NCBI RefSeq assembly: GCF_001194135.2
Contig: NC_068983.1
Span: 167,962,514-168,026,513 of the forward strand
Direction: 5' to 3'
DNA length: 64,000 bases
Source of the DNA: Octopus bimaculoides
Lineage: Eukaryota
Shown: positions 14,080-26,295 of the stretch, piece after piece
How the letters are laid out: every line of letters starts with the position of its first letter
Numbering within the stretch: the stretch's first letter is position 1
The notes under the pieces: model-generated
The model's database searches: none
The model's input: the letters and a program-made list of their open reading frames with translations, nothing else
Told to the model about the DNA's origin: nothing
Program-made: the position numbers and the translations under genes

Positions 14080-14189
14080 CATTCCAACAGCTTCTTTGTC
14101 GAATGGATTCCATGGCACAGTTTCTGGGTAATGTGCTAAAACTTTGGATTTGTATGGTCTTCTCAATGGAGCACAATGAAGATTATCTC
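14080..14189 (-). CDS. DENND5: Internal coding exon (110 nt, phase 1 to 0) of a DENN domain-containing protein 5 (Rab6-interacting protein 1/pinstripe) gene, uDENN region
   Basis: Minus strand reads tttttttttttccacattacag|GA GAT AAT ... GGA ATG|gtaagt, with canonical splice sites. Translation (G)[36 protein letters not shown] closely matches the DENND5A/B and fly pinstripe N-terminal segment as recalled (vertebrate ...[30 protein letters not shown]). Confidence 0.95.
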
Positions 14190-14551
14190 CTGTAATGTGG
14201 AAAAAAAAAAACTATATGAAACACAACAGATTTTCTTAAGATAAAACATTTACGGTTGTCAATCTTAATACATACAGATCAGCTTACATAGATGAAAGAA
14301 AAATAAAGAAACAATTTCTACCTTACAAAAGATGACTTGGTTTGATATGAATCCCAAGCAAAATCTTTTTAACTGAACCCTAATTTCAAGTTGAATTCAA
14401 ATAATAACTAAAGCTGACACAAGCGATAACTCTAAGGGATAATAATTCTGCAGTAAATGCTAACAGTTGATAATTTGTAATCAATAATCTTAAAATAACT
14501 CAGCACTGACAGAATTAATTGATAATTTTTGGATGCTTGAATGAAGCCTGA

Positions 14552-14777
14552 TCCTTGTCATCATCTAACTTTCACCTTCTACGCAGGCATAGGCTGAACA
14601 ATTCAACAGGATCCAACGAGTCAGGGGACTGCATCATGCTCCAATGTCTGCTTGAACTTGCTTTCTTTCATTTGATGCCCTTCCTAATAGCAGCTGCTTT
14701 ACAGGGGTGTATTGCCTACTTTTTTTCAGGGTACCAGCACTAGAGAGGTTGCTTTATGACTTAACCTGTCCTCATGT
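14552..14777 (-). repeat. Right arm of the 226-bp inverted repeat
   Basis: See left arm. The supplied ORFs 13501-13689(-) and 14555-14743(+) translate almost identically. Confidence 0.95.
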
Positions 14778-14932
14778 GCTCTACATTCTCACAGGTTTAT
14801 AGGAATAATTCAATAGTTTGAATTACAGTGACATATAACACCAGTGTATGTGTTTCCTCAACATATGGGCAGCTAATCAAATGGTAAAGATCAAGTCATA
14901 CATTTCTTAATGGAAGAAAACATTCTATTTAA

Positions 14933-15150
14933 CCCTCTAGCATTTAAACTGGCCATTATCAGGTCCAAAAATCCTACAAGTTGTATGTTTAAACTGACCA
15001 AATTCTGTTTCCCACACCTACCATACAATATCATTCTAAAAATATACCATCACATCACTGAAATCTAGAAGCAGTGAGATAATGTATGACTAACTGAAAC
15101 CAATTTGAAACAAGCATTACATTTGACAGAATAATTTGAATGCTAAAAGG
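14933..15150. mobile_element. piggyBac-like MITE (TTAA-flanked)
   Basis: TTAA|ccctctagcattt ... aatgctaaaagg|TTAA, with short TIRs and a TTAA target duplication. Confidence 0.75.
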
Positions 15151-15885
15151 TTAAGACAAACTTTCAGCTGAAATTTCAAATAGGAAGAAAGAAAGAGATG
15201 TCTTAGAATAACTTTAAAAATATTGAGCATGTCAAATCAACAAAATTGTTATCACCTAAACAAATCAATGCCTAGAATTATTTTCCAGATACTTCTCTTA
15301 GCATAAACATTCCTTATTTTTGCTGAAAGAATTGGAAAAATATATATGGCTTATGGTCTCTGTTATGACATTGGTATAAAATGGTATTACACAAATAAAT
15401 AGTTGGTTGTGGTTAACTAAAAATAACCTGCCACAGAAATGCAATTCCATGCTACTTGAACTCCTGACTGTTAAACCAACACCGATTGAACTAACACCAT
15501 CAACTATGCTGCTGACATTTCACTCAGGTCTTATTTATTGTAATCGGTTGGTCCACCTTCAGTCACATAGGGGCGTTCAGGATTCTGCCGAAACAGTCTC
15601 TAGTTTTGTTCACCTACATTCTGAGTTCAAAATCTACCTGAATCAACTTCACATTCCAATATATTAGATAGCTGATATAGAAGTTGATTCAAAAGGTTAT
15701 ACTTCTTCTACAAAAGTTGGTCTGGTGCCAAGTAAAGTTTACCAAAAGGTAAAAGTGAAACAAGCGTAAGATGTGACCATTTCTTATAAAAGTAGAGTTT
15801 AATCCTTTGACGTTGAAAGGGTATTATTCATTTTCTAGACTATCTTACAAATAAACAAGGACAAAAAAAATAATTGGGGGATAGG

Positions 15886-16715
15886 ATTCACCATGAAGTT
15901 TTGGTGTCAAAATCTCTACCTGATGGTCTCCTGAAGACTATGGACAACATTGTTAAAGTGGTGAATTACATAAAATCACATCCCCTACGGTGAAGACATT
16001 TAACCCTAACCCTATGTAAAACTATGGATTCTGATTTTAAGTGTTTACTGCTTCATACAGAAGTGCGATGGCTATCAAAAGGAAAAGGGCTGTCTCAATT
16101 TATCTCTCTGCGAACTGAAATAATATGCTGAAAATTCTGGATTTGAATTGGTGGCTGGAAGTAACATTTCTCAATGATCTTTTTGAGAAGTTGAACATTT
16201 TAAATTTGAGTCTGCAAGGAACGAACGAAAATATTATTAAATTACAAGCAAATTAAAGTCTTTCACCAACAAGTCAGAACTGTGGATAAGGAAAGTTAAA
16301 AACTCACAGCATAATTGCTTCCCAGGTGAAGAGGCTTTTCCCAACTAATTAAAAATTTTGTCAGAAATGCAGAAGATAGTAGAAAACCTCTCTCTATCAT
16401 TTCCTAAGTATTTTCCATCACTTGATTATCAAATGTATGAGTGGGCCATCAATCCTTTTGCAAGATATGATAGTATAGCCCTGCCATTAACAGAAGAAAA
16501 TTTAATAGACTTGAAAAACGATCCTGTGCACAAAGCCTCATTTTCTGTGCTAGAATTGTCAGAATTTCAGATTTTGCTTTGGAGCCAATATCCTTGATTA
16601 GCTGCTACAGCCATTAAATCTCTGTTGCCCTTTGGAGCATCATAACTTTGCGAATTAGCTTTCTCTGCGCTTATGGAAATGAAGTAAGAAAAACAGGAAC
16701 GATTACAATTGTATC
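15886..16715 (+). mobile_element. hAT (Buster/Charlie/ZBED5-like) transposase pseudogene fragment
   Basis: IHHEVLVSKSLPDGLLKTMDNIVKVVNYIKSHPLR*...LLLHTEVRWLSKGK and the C-terminal WAINPF...LLPFGASYLCELAFSALM dimerisation domain. Contains stops and frameshifts. Confidence 0.9.
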
Positions 16716-16748
16716 CTTCTCACTAAAAATATTATTATTGTGTTATAT

Positions 16749-16812
<64 letters not shown>

Positions 16813-17799
16813 TGTTCATAAAACAATGTTATTTTATTGCTACCATGATAAGAATTTATTTATTTTTATTCATACTAATAAAGTATATTCAATTTTGTTG
16901 GGATTTTATTTGGTGTGCCATAAAGTAAATTCTCCTCATCCAATGTGTTGTAAGGTAAAAAAAAAGTTTGGTAGACACTCGTCTGGACAGTGATAATTTT
17001 CTGCATATTTTTTGCCAGACCACTTGTCTGGCACTGTCAAACTTTTATAAACTTCTGCTGTCAAAGAAAATGGCAATGCTGCAGGCAACAATTTTCTAAT
17101 TCCCGCCCCACCCCTCTTGTGCAAGAAACAATCACAAATCAATAAGAGAAAGTCATCAATCACAATAATGATTTTGTTGTTCCCTCCCCCTCCAATAATG
17201 AACATTACAAGTGAAGGTATTAATTATTCTCACAACTTAACATCAAAACCATTTTCTCCTACATAAAGCTTCTTTGTTTCACTCATTGGACTGTGGTCAT
17301 GCTAGACCATCATCTTGAAGTGCCCTAGCATGACAGCTCTTCACATTCCAAGTTCAAATCCACAGAGGTCAACTTTGTTTTCCATCCTCTTAGAGTTGAT
17401 AAAGTAAGTACCTGTTGAGCATTAGAGACAATGTAATCAACTAGACCCCTCCCCACAAAATATCAGGCCTTATGCCTATAGTAGAAAGCATTATTATTAT
17501 TATTATTTTGGTTCAGGCTCAGTCTTATTCCTGGAAGGATTTATGTGAGTAGTGGGTAACTACGGTAACTTGAGGTAGCCACAAGTTTTCAGCAATCTTT
17601 CAAGTGCTTAGAACTCTCCTGATAATCCTTGCTGTCCCCAAGAGACAAACTTTCTATAGGAGCTCTACTGGGCATTCTATTCCAATCTCCTTCAGCCATT
17701 TCTCTAGATCTTTGCTTATTGTTCCCAATGCATAAATTATCATAAGCATGACCTTTACTGTTCTCATGCTCTATATTCTTCATTATCACCATTATTATT

Positions 17800-18030
17800 A
17801 ATAAGGTGGCAAGATGGTGGAACTGTTAGCATGCCAGACAAAATGCTTAGCGGTATTTCATCCATCTTTACATTCTGAGTTCAAATTCCACAAAGGTCGA
17901 CTTTGCTTTTCATCCTTACAGAATCAATGTAATCAACTTACCTTTCCCCCCTGAAATTGCTGGTCTTGTGCCAAAATTTGCAACCATTATTATTATTATC
18001 ATCATTATTATTATTATTATTATTATTATT
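17800..18030 (+). mobile_element. tRNA-type SINE, family A (ggc..gagctggcagaa.cgttagca head; gccaaaatttgaaacc-(att)n tail)
   Basis: Recurrent core ctgagttcaaattc..c.gaggtcgactttgcctttcatcc. Other copies at about 17345, 29340-29745(-), 37420-37625, 51185-51630 (two), 53400, 55040, 61800(-), 61965 and 62990-63205(-). Confidence 0.8.
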
Positions 18031-20163
18031 ACCTTAGGTTTGGCTTTTGCTTTGAATTTATACAAGTTGACTCCAATCTCACTCAGAGACCTCAAGAGGC
18101 AACAAGTTCAAGTTGGTGTTATGACTAGGATGCCAACAACATGTTGGGCTACTGCTGTTCTTTAAGATTTTGGCCTGGTAGCTTCTTGTAGGTGGGCATT
18201 GATCTTAGGCTGGTATGATAAACCCAATTATTATTTGAAAACTCACAGCTTATTTTTCTGGCTATGATTGAAAGTGTCAGCTGACCACAGCCAGCAGACT
18301 AAGGTGACACTTGTTTTACTGGTCATGCTTCAAAAACCCTGCCAAGAATTCTTGCAGTTCTAAGCAATACTGAGTTTTGTAGGTGTTCTACCTTCACACT
18401 TGCACCGATCTTTTTGAATCATGTTGGTAGTCGAGTGCTGATACTTCCAAGTGCACCAATTACTATTGGTATCACATCCACTCTCTTCATTGACCACAAT
18501 CTTTATATTTCCCATTTCAAATTGTCAGAGTTGTTTATTTTTTTCTTCTTTCACATTGATCCTGTTGTCGATTATCATATATGTTCTTTCATTTTTATTC
18601 ACCACAACAGGGTCCGGTTTCCGATGTCTGGTCAGGTGATCACATAGGATCATTGCATCCCACAAGATTTTGCAATTTTCATTTTCGGTTATTCCTGGAG
18701 TTTTCTCATACCATGTCTTTGCTCTTTGTAGGCTGTGATTCCCACAGAGCTTCCAATGGATCATTCTTGCCACATTGTCATGGCATCTTTTGTATTCATG
18801 TAATGCCAATTTGTGGCAGTCTCTAATAAAGTGCCATACCGTTTCACCCCTCTCACTACACATTCTGTATTTGTCGCTATCAGTAGTACCTATTCTGCAC
18901 TTCATATAAATGGTCCTTAACACTTGTTCCTGAGCTGTGCCTATGAGTGCTTCTGTCTCTATCTTCCGGTCACTCCTCCTCATCCACAGCCACCGGTCCT
19001 CTGCATCTGTCCCAGCGTTCACATCTCTTGCAAACTGACCGTACATTTTTTTTTTTCCTTCCATGCTTTCTCTTTTTTTTTTTTTCTGTTCATGTCTTAT
19101 TTAAACTTTTCTTTTCGGTCTTGATGACTCTGGCATTCTTTGTGTGTTTCAACAGTGACTCCACGGCATTTTTTATATTCCACCCTAGGCTGTTTTCCTC
19201 TGCTTCGATACAGTCCTGACAACTGATCAAACCTCCCCCACCCTTTCTTCCGGACAAGTACAGCCTATGGGTGTCACTTTTAGGGTGGAAGGCTCCATGT
19301 ACTGTCAACCCTTTTCTGGTTTTGGTATCCATTTTCTTCATTTCTCTCTTTTACCATTTTACAATTCCCACTCCATACCAAAGTATTAACTTCTCACATA
19401 TTAACTGCTTGGATTTTATTCCATCCACTCAGTTCTGAGCACAACACCAACCTCAGTCTTCAGAAATACTCCATCCTCAGTTGCTCTTTCATTTCTTTTT
19501 CCATTATCTCGTTGAACTCTAGTACACCAATGTATTTGTATCTTTCTGTTTCAATTTTGCTTCATCAAGTCTCTGTTCAGTAGTTCTATCCCAGCTAAGA
19601 GCTGTACCTTGCCTCTTTTTAAGTAGATTATTCTGCACTTCTGTCTCATCTTTGCCATACAGTTTCAAATCATTCATGCAAAGGAGGTGGTTGGTTGACT
19701 GCGATTTTTCCTTTAGTTGGTACCCCAGGTTCATTTTCCTAAGTACAAAGGTCGAGAGTATCATGCAGAGAACAAAAAGCAATGGAGATAGGCTATCACC
19801 CTGTAAAATTCCTCTTCTGATACCAAGGGTGCCCAAGTTTTTTCCGTAAGAGGTCAGTTCAGTTTTTTCCATCCCATCATACTTCTCTTCAGGAAACCCG
19901 TTACATTCCTTGCAATTCCAAACAGATCTAAGCACTCGATGATCCACGAATGTGGAATCATCATAAGTTTTGTGATAGTCAAATCCAGACCATTCTCAGA
20001 TTTGTTTTCCTTTGTTTATAATCTTGCTTTACCATTTTGTTTATCAATAGTTGATCTTTGGTACTTCTGCATTTCCGTCTACAGCCTTTTTGTTCGGGCG
20101 GTAATATATTGTTCTCATCAAGAAATCTATACAGTTCTTCTGCAATTCCTCCTGACAGTAACT
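18031..20163 (-). mobile_element. 5'-truncated R4/Dong-clade non-LTR element (RT, CCHC and restriction-like endonuclease) embedded in (TAA)n
   Basis: GI.QGDSLSPLLFVLCM, NHLLCMNDLKLYGK, C..C...ET..H...C..LA..EYK..HDNVA..IHW and VIPIVIGALG motifs. (TTA)n tracts abut both ends. Confidence 0.9.
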
Positions 20164-21457
20164 TTATTATTATTATTATAAATAATAATAACCCTATTAT
20201 TATTATTGTTGTTGTTATATACAGTTAGCACAAATGATAAGTCTTAGATTTATCATTTGTGCTAAGTTAATGATTTTTTATTCTATTTTGAGTACAATTT
20301 CACAAAATTTGATTGTTGTTACAGAGTTAACAAAAGAATACAAATGTTTTTCACAAGCAAAAAATTTTTTTAATTTCTCCAGTGGAAAAGCCAACTTTCA
20401 ATATTATTCATGGATGACAGAAAAGACTATATTATTTAGCAATGTAGAGAGAAATTAGTTTTACTGATCATTCGTTGTAGACACAAAAGAAAGTCTGTGC
20501 AGAATACATATAAAATACAGAAGATACCTGTTTATTAGCTCAAAATAGTAGGCACCATGTTGAAATAAAATTAAAATTGAAAAGCTACAAACATAAAAAA
20601 TAATAAGGGGAAAACAAAGCATAATATAAACATTCTAAATTTATTTTTCAGTGTAACAAGCTTTGGTGTGGAACTATTTTTTTAGTTTTATGAAATACAC
20701 TTCTAATAGTAAGAAATGAATTAATTTCTATGGAAACAAATTCTTTTCTCAAAGGTTAAGTCTAAGCCAAAATGTAAATTGTTGTAGCTCTGGGTAGACC
20801 AATGCCTTGTGAGTAGATTTAGTAGGTGGAAACTCTGTGTGTGTGTGTATTTGTGTTTGTCTCCCATTGCCACTTGACATCCAGTGTTGGTTTGTTTGGG
20901 TTACCATAACCCAGCAGCTCGGCAAGAGAGATCAATAGAATAAGCACAAGATTTAAGTACTGAAGTCAATCTGTTCCACTAAACCCTTAAAGGTGGTGCC
21001 CCAGTCCAATGATTGAATCCAATTAAAGATAAAAGATATCGTAAAATGCCCAAAACACAACTGTTGATGATCTAAGAATCAAAGACAGTGTAATGCGACA
21101 GAATAACTGTCCTAATCATCTGTAATTTAAAACAAAGGAAATAACTTAAATTTCACAGATGAATAAAAAAGGAAAATGTTATTCTTATAGAATAAGGCAA
21201 GTTTCCTGGCATATACAAATAAGGAATTGCTACAGGATACAACTAAATACTTACTAGAGTAATTATATATANNNNNNNNNNTATCTTAGATTTCTCTATA
21301 TGAATGTTCTTAGTCATCAGATTATCAAAATGAATTAATAAAAAAAATTTTTTAAACAACATTCCTATTTCCATTCAGGAAACAATTCTGTAAAATAGCT
21401 GCAAAGTGTTCAGCTTCCTCTAAATTTCATCAACATCATCATTTTCATAAACACTTA

Positions 21458-22381
21458 CAAGGTGGTATCAAAAGGTTCCCAGACTAATTATGTTTGACAA
21501 AATACAACCTATTTACCAAAGTATTAACATCATCTTCAAAATAGTCACCTTGCACTCGTCCCAGTGTTCCTGCCATTTTTGGAATCCAGCCTGAAAGTCA
21601 TTTTCTGTGAGTTGAGGACTTTCTGTGATTTGCTCTGGATCTCAAAAATGGTGTTAAAATGGAGACCTTTGAGCTGCGTTTTCATCTTGGGGAAGATCTG
21701 GTAAATAGGGCAGGTGTGGAAGCAATCCCATGTTATTTTTGGCTAAAAAACTCACAAGTGAGGCAAACTCAGTACAGAGTACATTGTTGTGAAGAATCAA
21801 ATCCTTTGCACTCCACAGATCCAGTCACTTTCGCTGAATGTCCTCTCACAAACACTTCAAAACGTCACAATAGAACTCTCAATTGATGGCTGGGNNNNNN
21901 NNNNNNNNNNNNNNNNNNNNNNNNNNNNNNNNNNNNNNNNNNGGCAAATTCTCAATGCACAATACTGCACTTTTCCAGGGGTGAAGCTCGTAGCAGGTCT
22001 TCCAGATCACTCATCATCTTCCAGGGACATTCTTCCACTTTTGAAGGCCCCTGTGCCATTTGAAACATTGTGTACAACCCACTGCCTAGCCACTGTAAGC
22101 TTACCAAAGCATGCTCAATGTCTCCATAGCAGACTTGCCAAGTTTAATGCAAAATTTCACACTGGATCTCTGTTCCTGTCCATGACAAAATCACAAACTA
22201 CAACATACACACGTGATCAGAAAAACACAAATTTCACAACTTGCAAAGTAAACACAGCGATATCACTCAGCACACACTGCCTCAATGCAGTCCCTGCTGG
22301 CTCTCACTGTGCCTGCAACGGTATGCTGCTATCTGTATCTCTACAACAGAACTAGTCTGGAAGCTTTTTAATACCACCTCA
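21458..22381 (-). mobile_element. Internally deleted Tc1/mariner element with TIRs and TA target site
   Basis: TA|caaggtggtatcaaaaggttcccagact ... agtctggaagctttttaataccacctca|TA. Minus-strand remnants EFLAKNNMGLLPHLPYLPDL, ENDFQAGFQKWQEHWD and GDYFED. Spans an N gap. Confidence 0.88.
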
Positions 22382-23820
22382 TATAATGTCCACTTTGACA
22401 TGTTTGTACGAGTCAGATTTTCTATGGCCAGACACCCTTACTGTTGCCAACCTCCTGTGATCAAGCAAGGTGATATTTTCCCATTCATCGCTTGCATGAC
22501 AATCATGCTTCTTCACATCCATTGCATGATGTCAAGTATTTGCATGCATGCACACACGGTAGGATTTTTCAGTTTCCATCTACCAAATTCACTCAGAAGA
22601 CTTTGATTGGCCTGAAACCATAGCAGAAGACACTTGCCCAGTGAGCCATGCAATGGGACTGAACCCAAAACCATGTAGTTGAGAAGCAAAACTTCTTAAC
22701 TATACAACAATGCCTTTAACTTTGAATGCAGAAATTCTCAGACTAGCTAAACATTAATGCAATTAGTATATATAGAGAGAGAACAGAGAGAAAGGAATGG
22801 AGAGAACGGGGAGGGCAGGGAGGGCAGGGAGAGAGAGAGAGAGAGATGAGGTATACCCAAGGTTTTTGCAGTAGAGAACAAAACTGAGAAATTCCCTCTT
22901 CACAACAACACAATTACAGGTAACATTTTATATTGTTTAGCTCAAGTCTACAGAAAGGATGAGATATGAAAAACTCATAATAGCATCCCAGTTTCTCTCT
23001 CTCATCATCATCATCATCATCATCGTTTAACGTCCGCTTTCCATGCTAGCATGGGTTGGACGATTTGACTGAGGACTGGTGAAACCGGATGGCAACACCA
23101 GGCTCCAGTCTGATTTGGCAGAGTTTCTACAGCTGGATGCCCTTCCTAACGCCAACCACTCAGATATTCAACCACACAAATATTCAAACCAACTAATTGA
23201 AGACACATACTGATAGCTTGATAACTAAAGTAACAGGAAATTATCAATTGCTCATGAATAGATCAGCAATCTTGCAGTACCAAACTGCAGCAAACTCAAC
23301 TTAGCTTCTTTCTTAAATAATGAGAGTGCATTTCTGATGCAAATTTGATAGCCAAATGAATGTATTCTATTTACGTTTAGCTAACCTCATTTTCCCATTT
23401 GTACAGCTAATCAAAGGGTTCCAATGAGAAACCAAAAGAATAAAACTATTTAATATATAGCACAGCTAGAAACGGCCATGGCAGCTGACAGTAGCTAAAG
23501 GCAGTTGTGGTTGCCAAGAGACATCATATAGAAGATTTCTGCAGGGAAAGGTTAACTGACCCATCACACTCAGGTAAAGCAGACAAGCTAAGGCACAAAT
23601 CACTTGTTATCCTGAGATACTGAAGAATTAAATAAACAGATTATTAAGGCAGAACATCTGCAGCAGGATACACTTGCTGTTACCAACCTTCAGCTGATTC
23701 CAAAGAAGGTAATATTTCACCATGGCCAAACATGTTTTCATAGAATATTAAAAATGAATGACAGTGTATGACAGTTACAATCATTTACAGTTATCATGCA
23801 TTGTCTACACAAGTAAAGAT

Positions 23821-23821
<1 letters not shown>

Positions 23822-23908
<87 letters not shown>
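23822..23908. repeat. (CA)n microsatellite; one of many (CA)n, (TA)n, (GA)n, (ATT)n and (CAT)n tracts
   Basis: Direct inspection. Other long tracts at about 2610-2662, 6017-6080, 7711-7758, 25247-25318 and 43910-43975. Confidence 0.97.
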
Positions 23909-23911
<3 letters not shown>

Positions 23912-24399
23912 GGGCTTCTTTCAGTTTCTGTCAATCAAATCTGCTCACAAAGCTTTGCTCAACCCAGGGCTATAATAAAAGACATTTGCTGCACAAGGTG
24001 CCATGTAGTGAGACTGAACCTCAAACCATGTTGTTGGAAAGCAGGCTTCTTGACGGCACAGTCACCCCTCTTTCCATTAAAGATACAGATTTCCATTAGA
24101 GCTTTCACCAACCACCAAGAGAAAGACCTTGCAACATTTTTGAAAAGGTTCTTGCAGTTTCTGTTTAGAGCAATATCTTTTATGTTTATTTCACCTGCCC
24201 ATATATGGTCAAATACTTTATAGGATAACAGTATTTATTACAGCCACAATAGTATAAAAAAAAGTGAAACAAAAGAAAAAATCCTTTCCTTAAATGCGAG
24301 ACCTGTTAAAGGAGATCTATAATTTAAGACAATCTAGATATGACTGGTCCATCTTTTTGCTCTCGTCAAGATAAGGAGCCACAAACACACACATATGCA

Positions 24400-25020
24400 C
24401 AAACATGAACGCACAGTCAAGACCCAGGAAGAAATGGGATGAGGTGGTGATGCATAATCTTTGAATGTTGGGCCTCACAGAGGTAACGATAAGTGACCGA
24501 GACATTTGGCGAAATGTTGTGCTTGAAAAGACCCATCAAGCCAAGTGAAATCAGTTGTAGCCATTAGTAGTGTCATGTAAATGGGCCCCTTGAAATTGTA
24601 ATCATGGCTGTTACCAGTAGCATGATCTTGAAATGTTGAGCCTCACGGAGGCAAGGGATGAGGTGGTGAAGCATGATCTTTGAATGTTGGGCTTCACAGA
24701 AGTGATGACGAGTGACCGAGACCGTGGCGATATGCAGTGCTTGAGAAGACTTGTCAAGCCAAACGAAACCAGTCATGACCATTAGCAGTGTCATGTAAAT
24801 GGCACCAGTGAAATCGTAGTCACGGCTGTAGCCAGTGTCATGCAAATGGCACCTGTGCTGGTGGCACATAAAAAAACACTCATTACGCTCTGAGTGGTTG
24901 GCATTAGGAAAGGCATCCAACTGTAGAAACCATGCCAAATCAGACTGGAACCTGGTGCAACTCTCTGGATTACCAGTTCCAGTTAAACTGTGTCTAACTG
25001 CTGGCATGGGTTGAATGGTT
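24400..25020 (+). mobile_element. RTE 3' end fragments with locally duplicated ORF-end segments
   Basis: gatgaggtggtga..gcatgatctttgaatgttgggc occurs at about 24438 and 24657 with a partial copy between, followed by RTE UTR. Confidence 0.7.
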
Positions 25021-25243
25021 TGACATGGAGCTGGCCAACTGGGAAGCTGTTCAGGTTTCAATTGTCTGTTGTGGCATGGCTTCTACAACTGGATGCCCTT
25101 CCAAATGCCAACCACTTTACAAAAGTGTGTTGGGTGCTTTTTGCATGCAACACTGCCACAGATGTATCTTATGTGACACTGGCACCTGCAAAGCACAAGC
25201 TTGTATGTGTGGATGGCATATTACCACAACCCCCAGTCCTTTG

Positions 25244-25322
<79 letters not shown>

Positions 25323-25934
25323 CTTCTTTCAGTTCCATCTACAAAATCTATTTATGAGGCTTTGGTCAATCAGGGGCTATAGGAGAAGATACCTGCCCAA
25401 GCTGCCACATAGTGGAACTGAACCCTGAAGTTGGAAAGCAAACTTAACTACACAGCTCCAAAATTAAATACCAAATTCTGACTACCTCCTTTTTCTGAAT
25501 ATATAAAACTTCTGCACTTCAAATAATGTGTGTGTGTGTGTGTGTGTGTGTGACACCTCTTCACCACATTCATTGTCTCTTTTCAGCTATTCCCATCTCA
25601 TCTTATATAATGCAGGGTGGCCAAGTGTCTCCCCTATGGCAAGATACCTGTTCTTCTATTGTACTTTAGCTTCCCTTAAAACTACATCCCCACACAGTTG
25701 AAAAGGTGGGTCCTGTCTTGTGAGTTACTTGGCAACCTAAGTTGTGCTGGTGCCTCCAAAAGAGAAGAATATGCATCCAGTACACACTGTAAAATGGTTG
25801 GCATTAAGAAAGTTATCCAATCACAGACAGCATAGCAAAACACAGACTGTGACATAGTTCTTGGGCCTGTTGGAATCTGTCAAACAGTGCAACTCATGCT
25901 AACATGGACAGTAGATGTTAAATGACCAGGACTA

Positions 25935-25975
<41 letters not shown>

Positions 25976-26247
25976 TTCACTTGTTTCAGTCATTGGATAG
26001 CAACCATGTTGAGGCAATGCCTTGAAGGATTTTAGTCAAAACAGTACTTATTTTTTAAGTCTAGTACTTATTCTATCAGTCTCTATAGTAGAAGACTTGT
26101 TCAAGGTGCTGCACAGTGGGACTGAACCTGAAACAATGTGGTTGCAAAATGAGCTTCTTAATCACAAATCCATACCTGCACCTATGATTATATATATTTA
26201 TCAAAACATTCTTCTATAAACAAACTATATCTGGTAATAGATGTATG

Positions 26248-26295
<48 letters not shown>

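Noticed and set aside
23065-23095. CTGAGGA-ctggt-GAAA within the RTE tail
   Set aside because: No stem II or stem I pairing, and other copies of the family lack GAAA.
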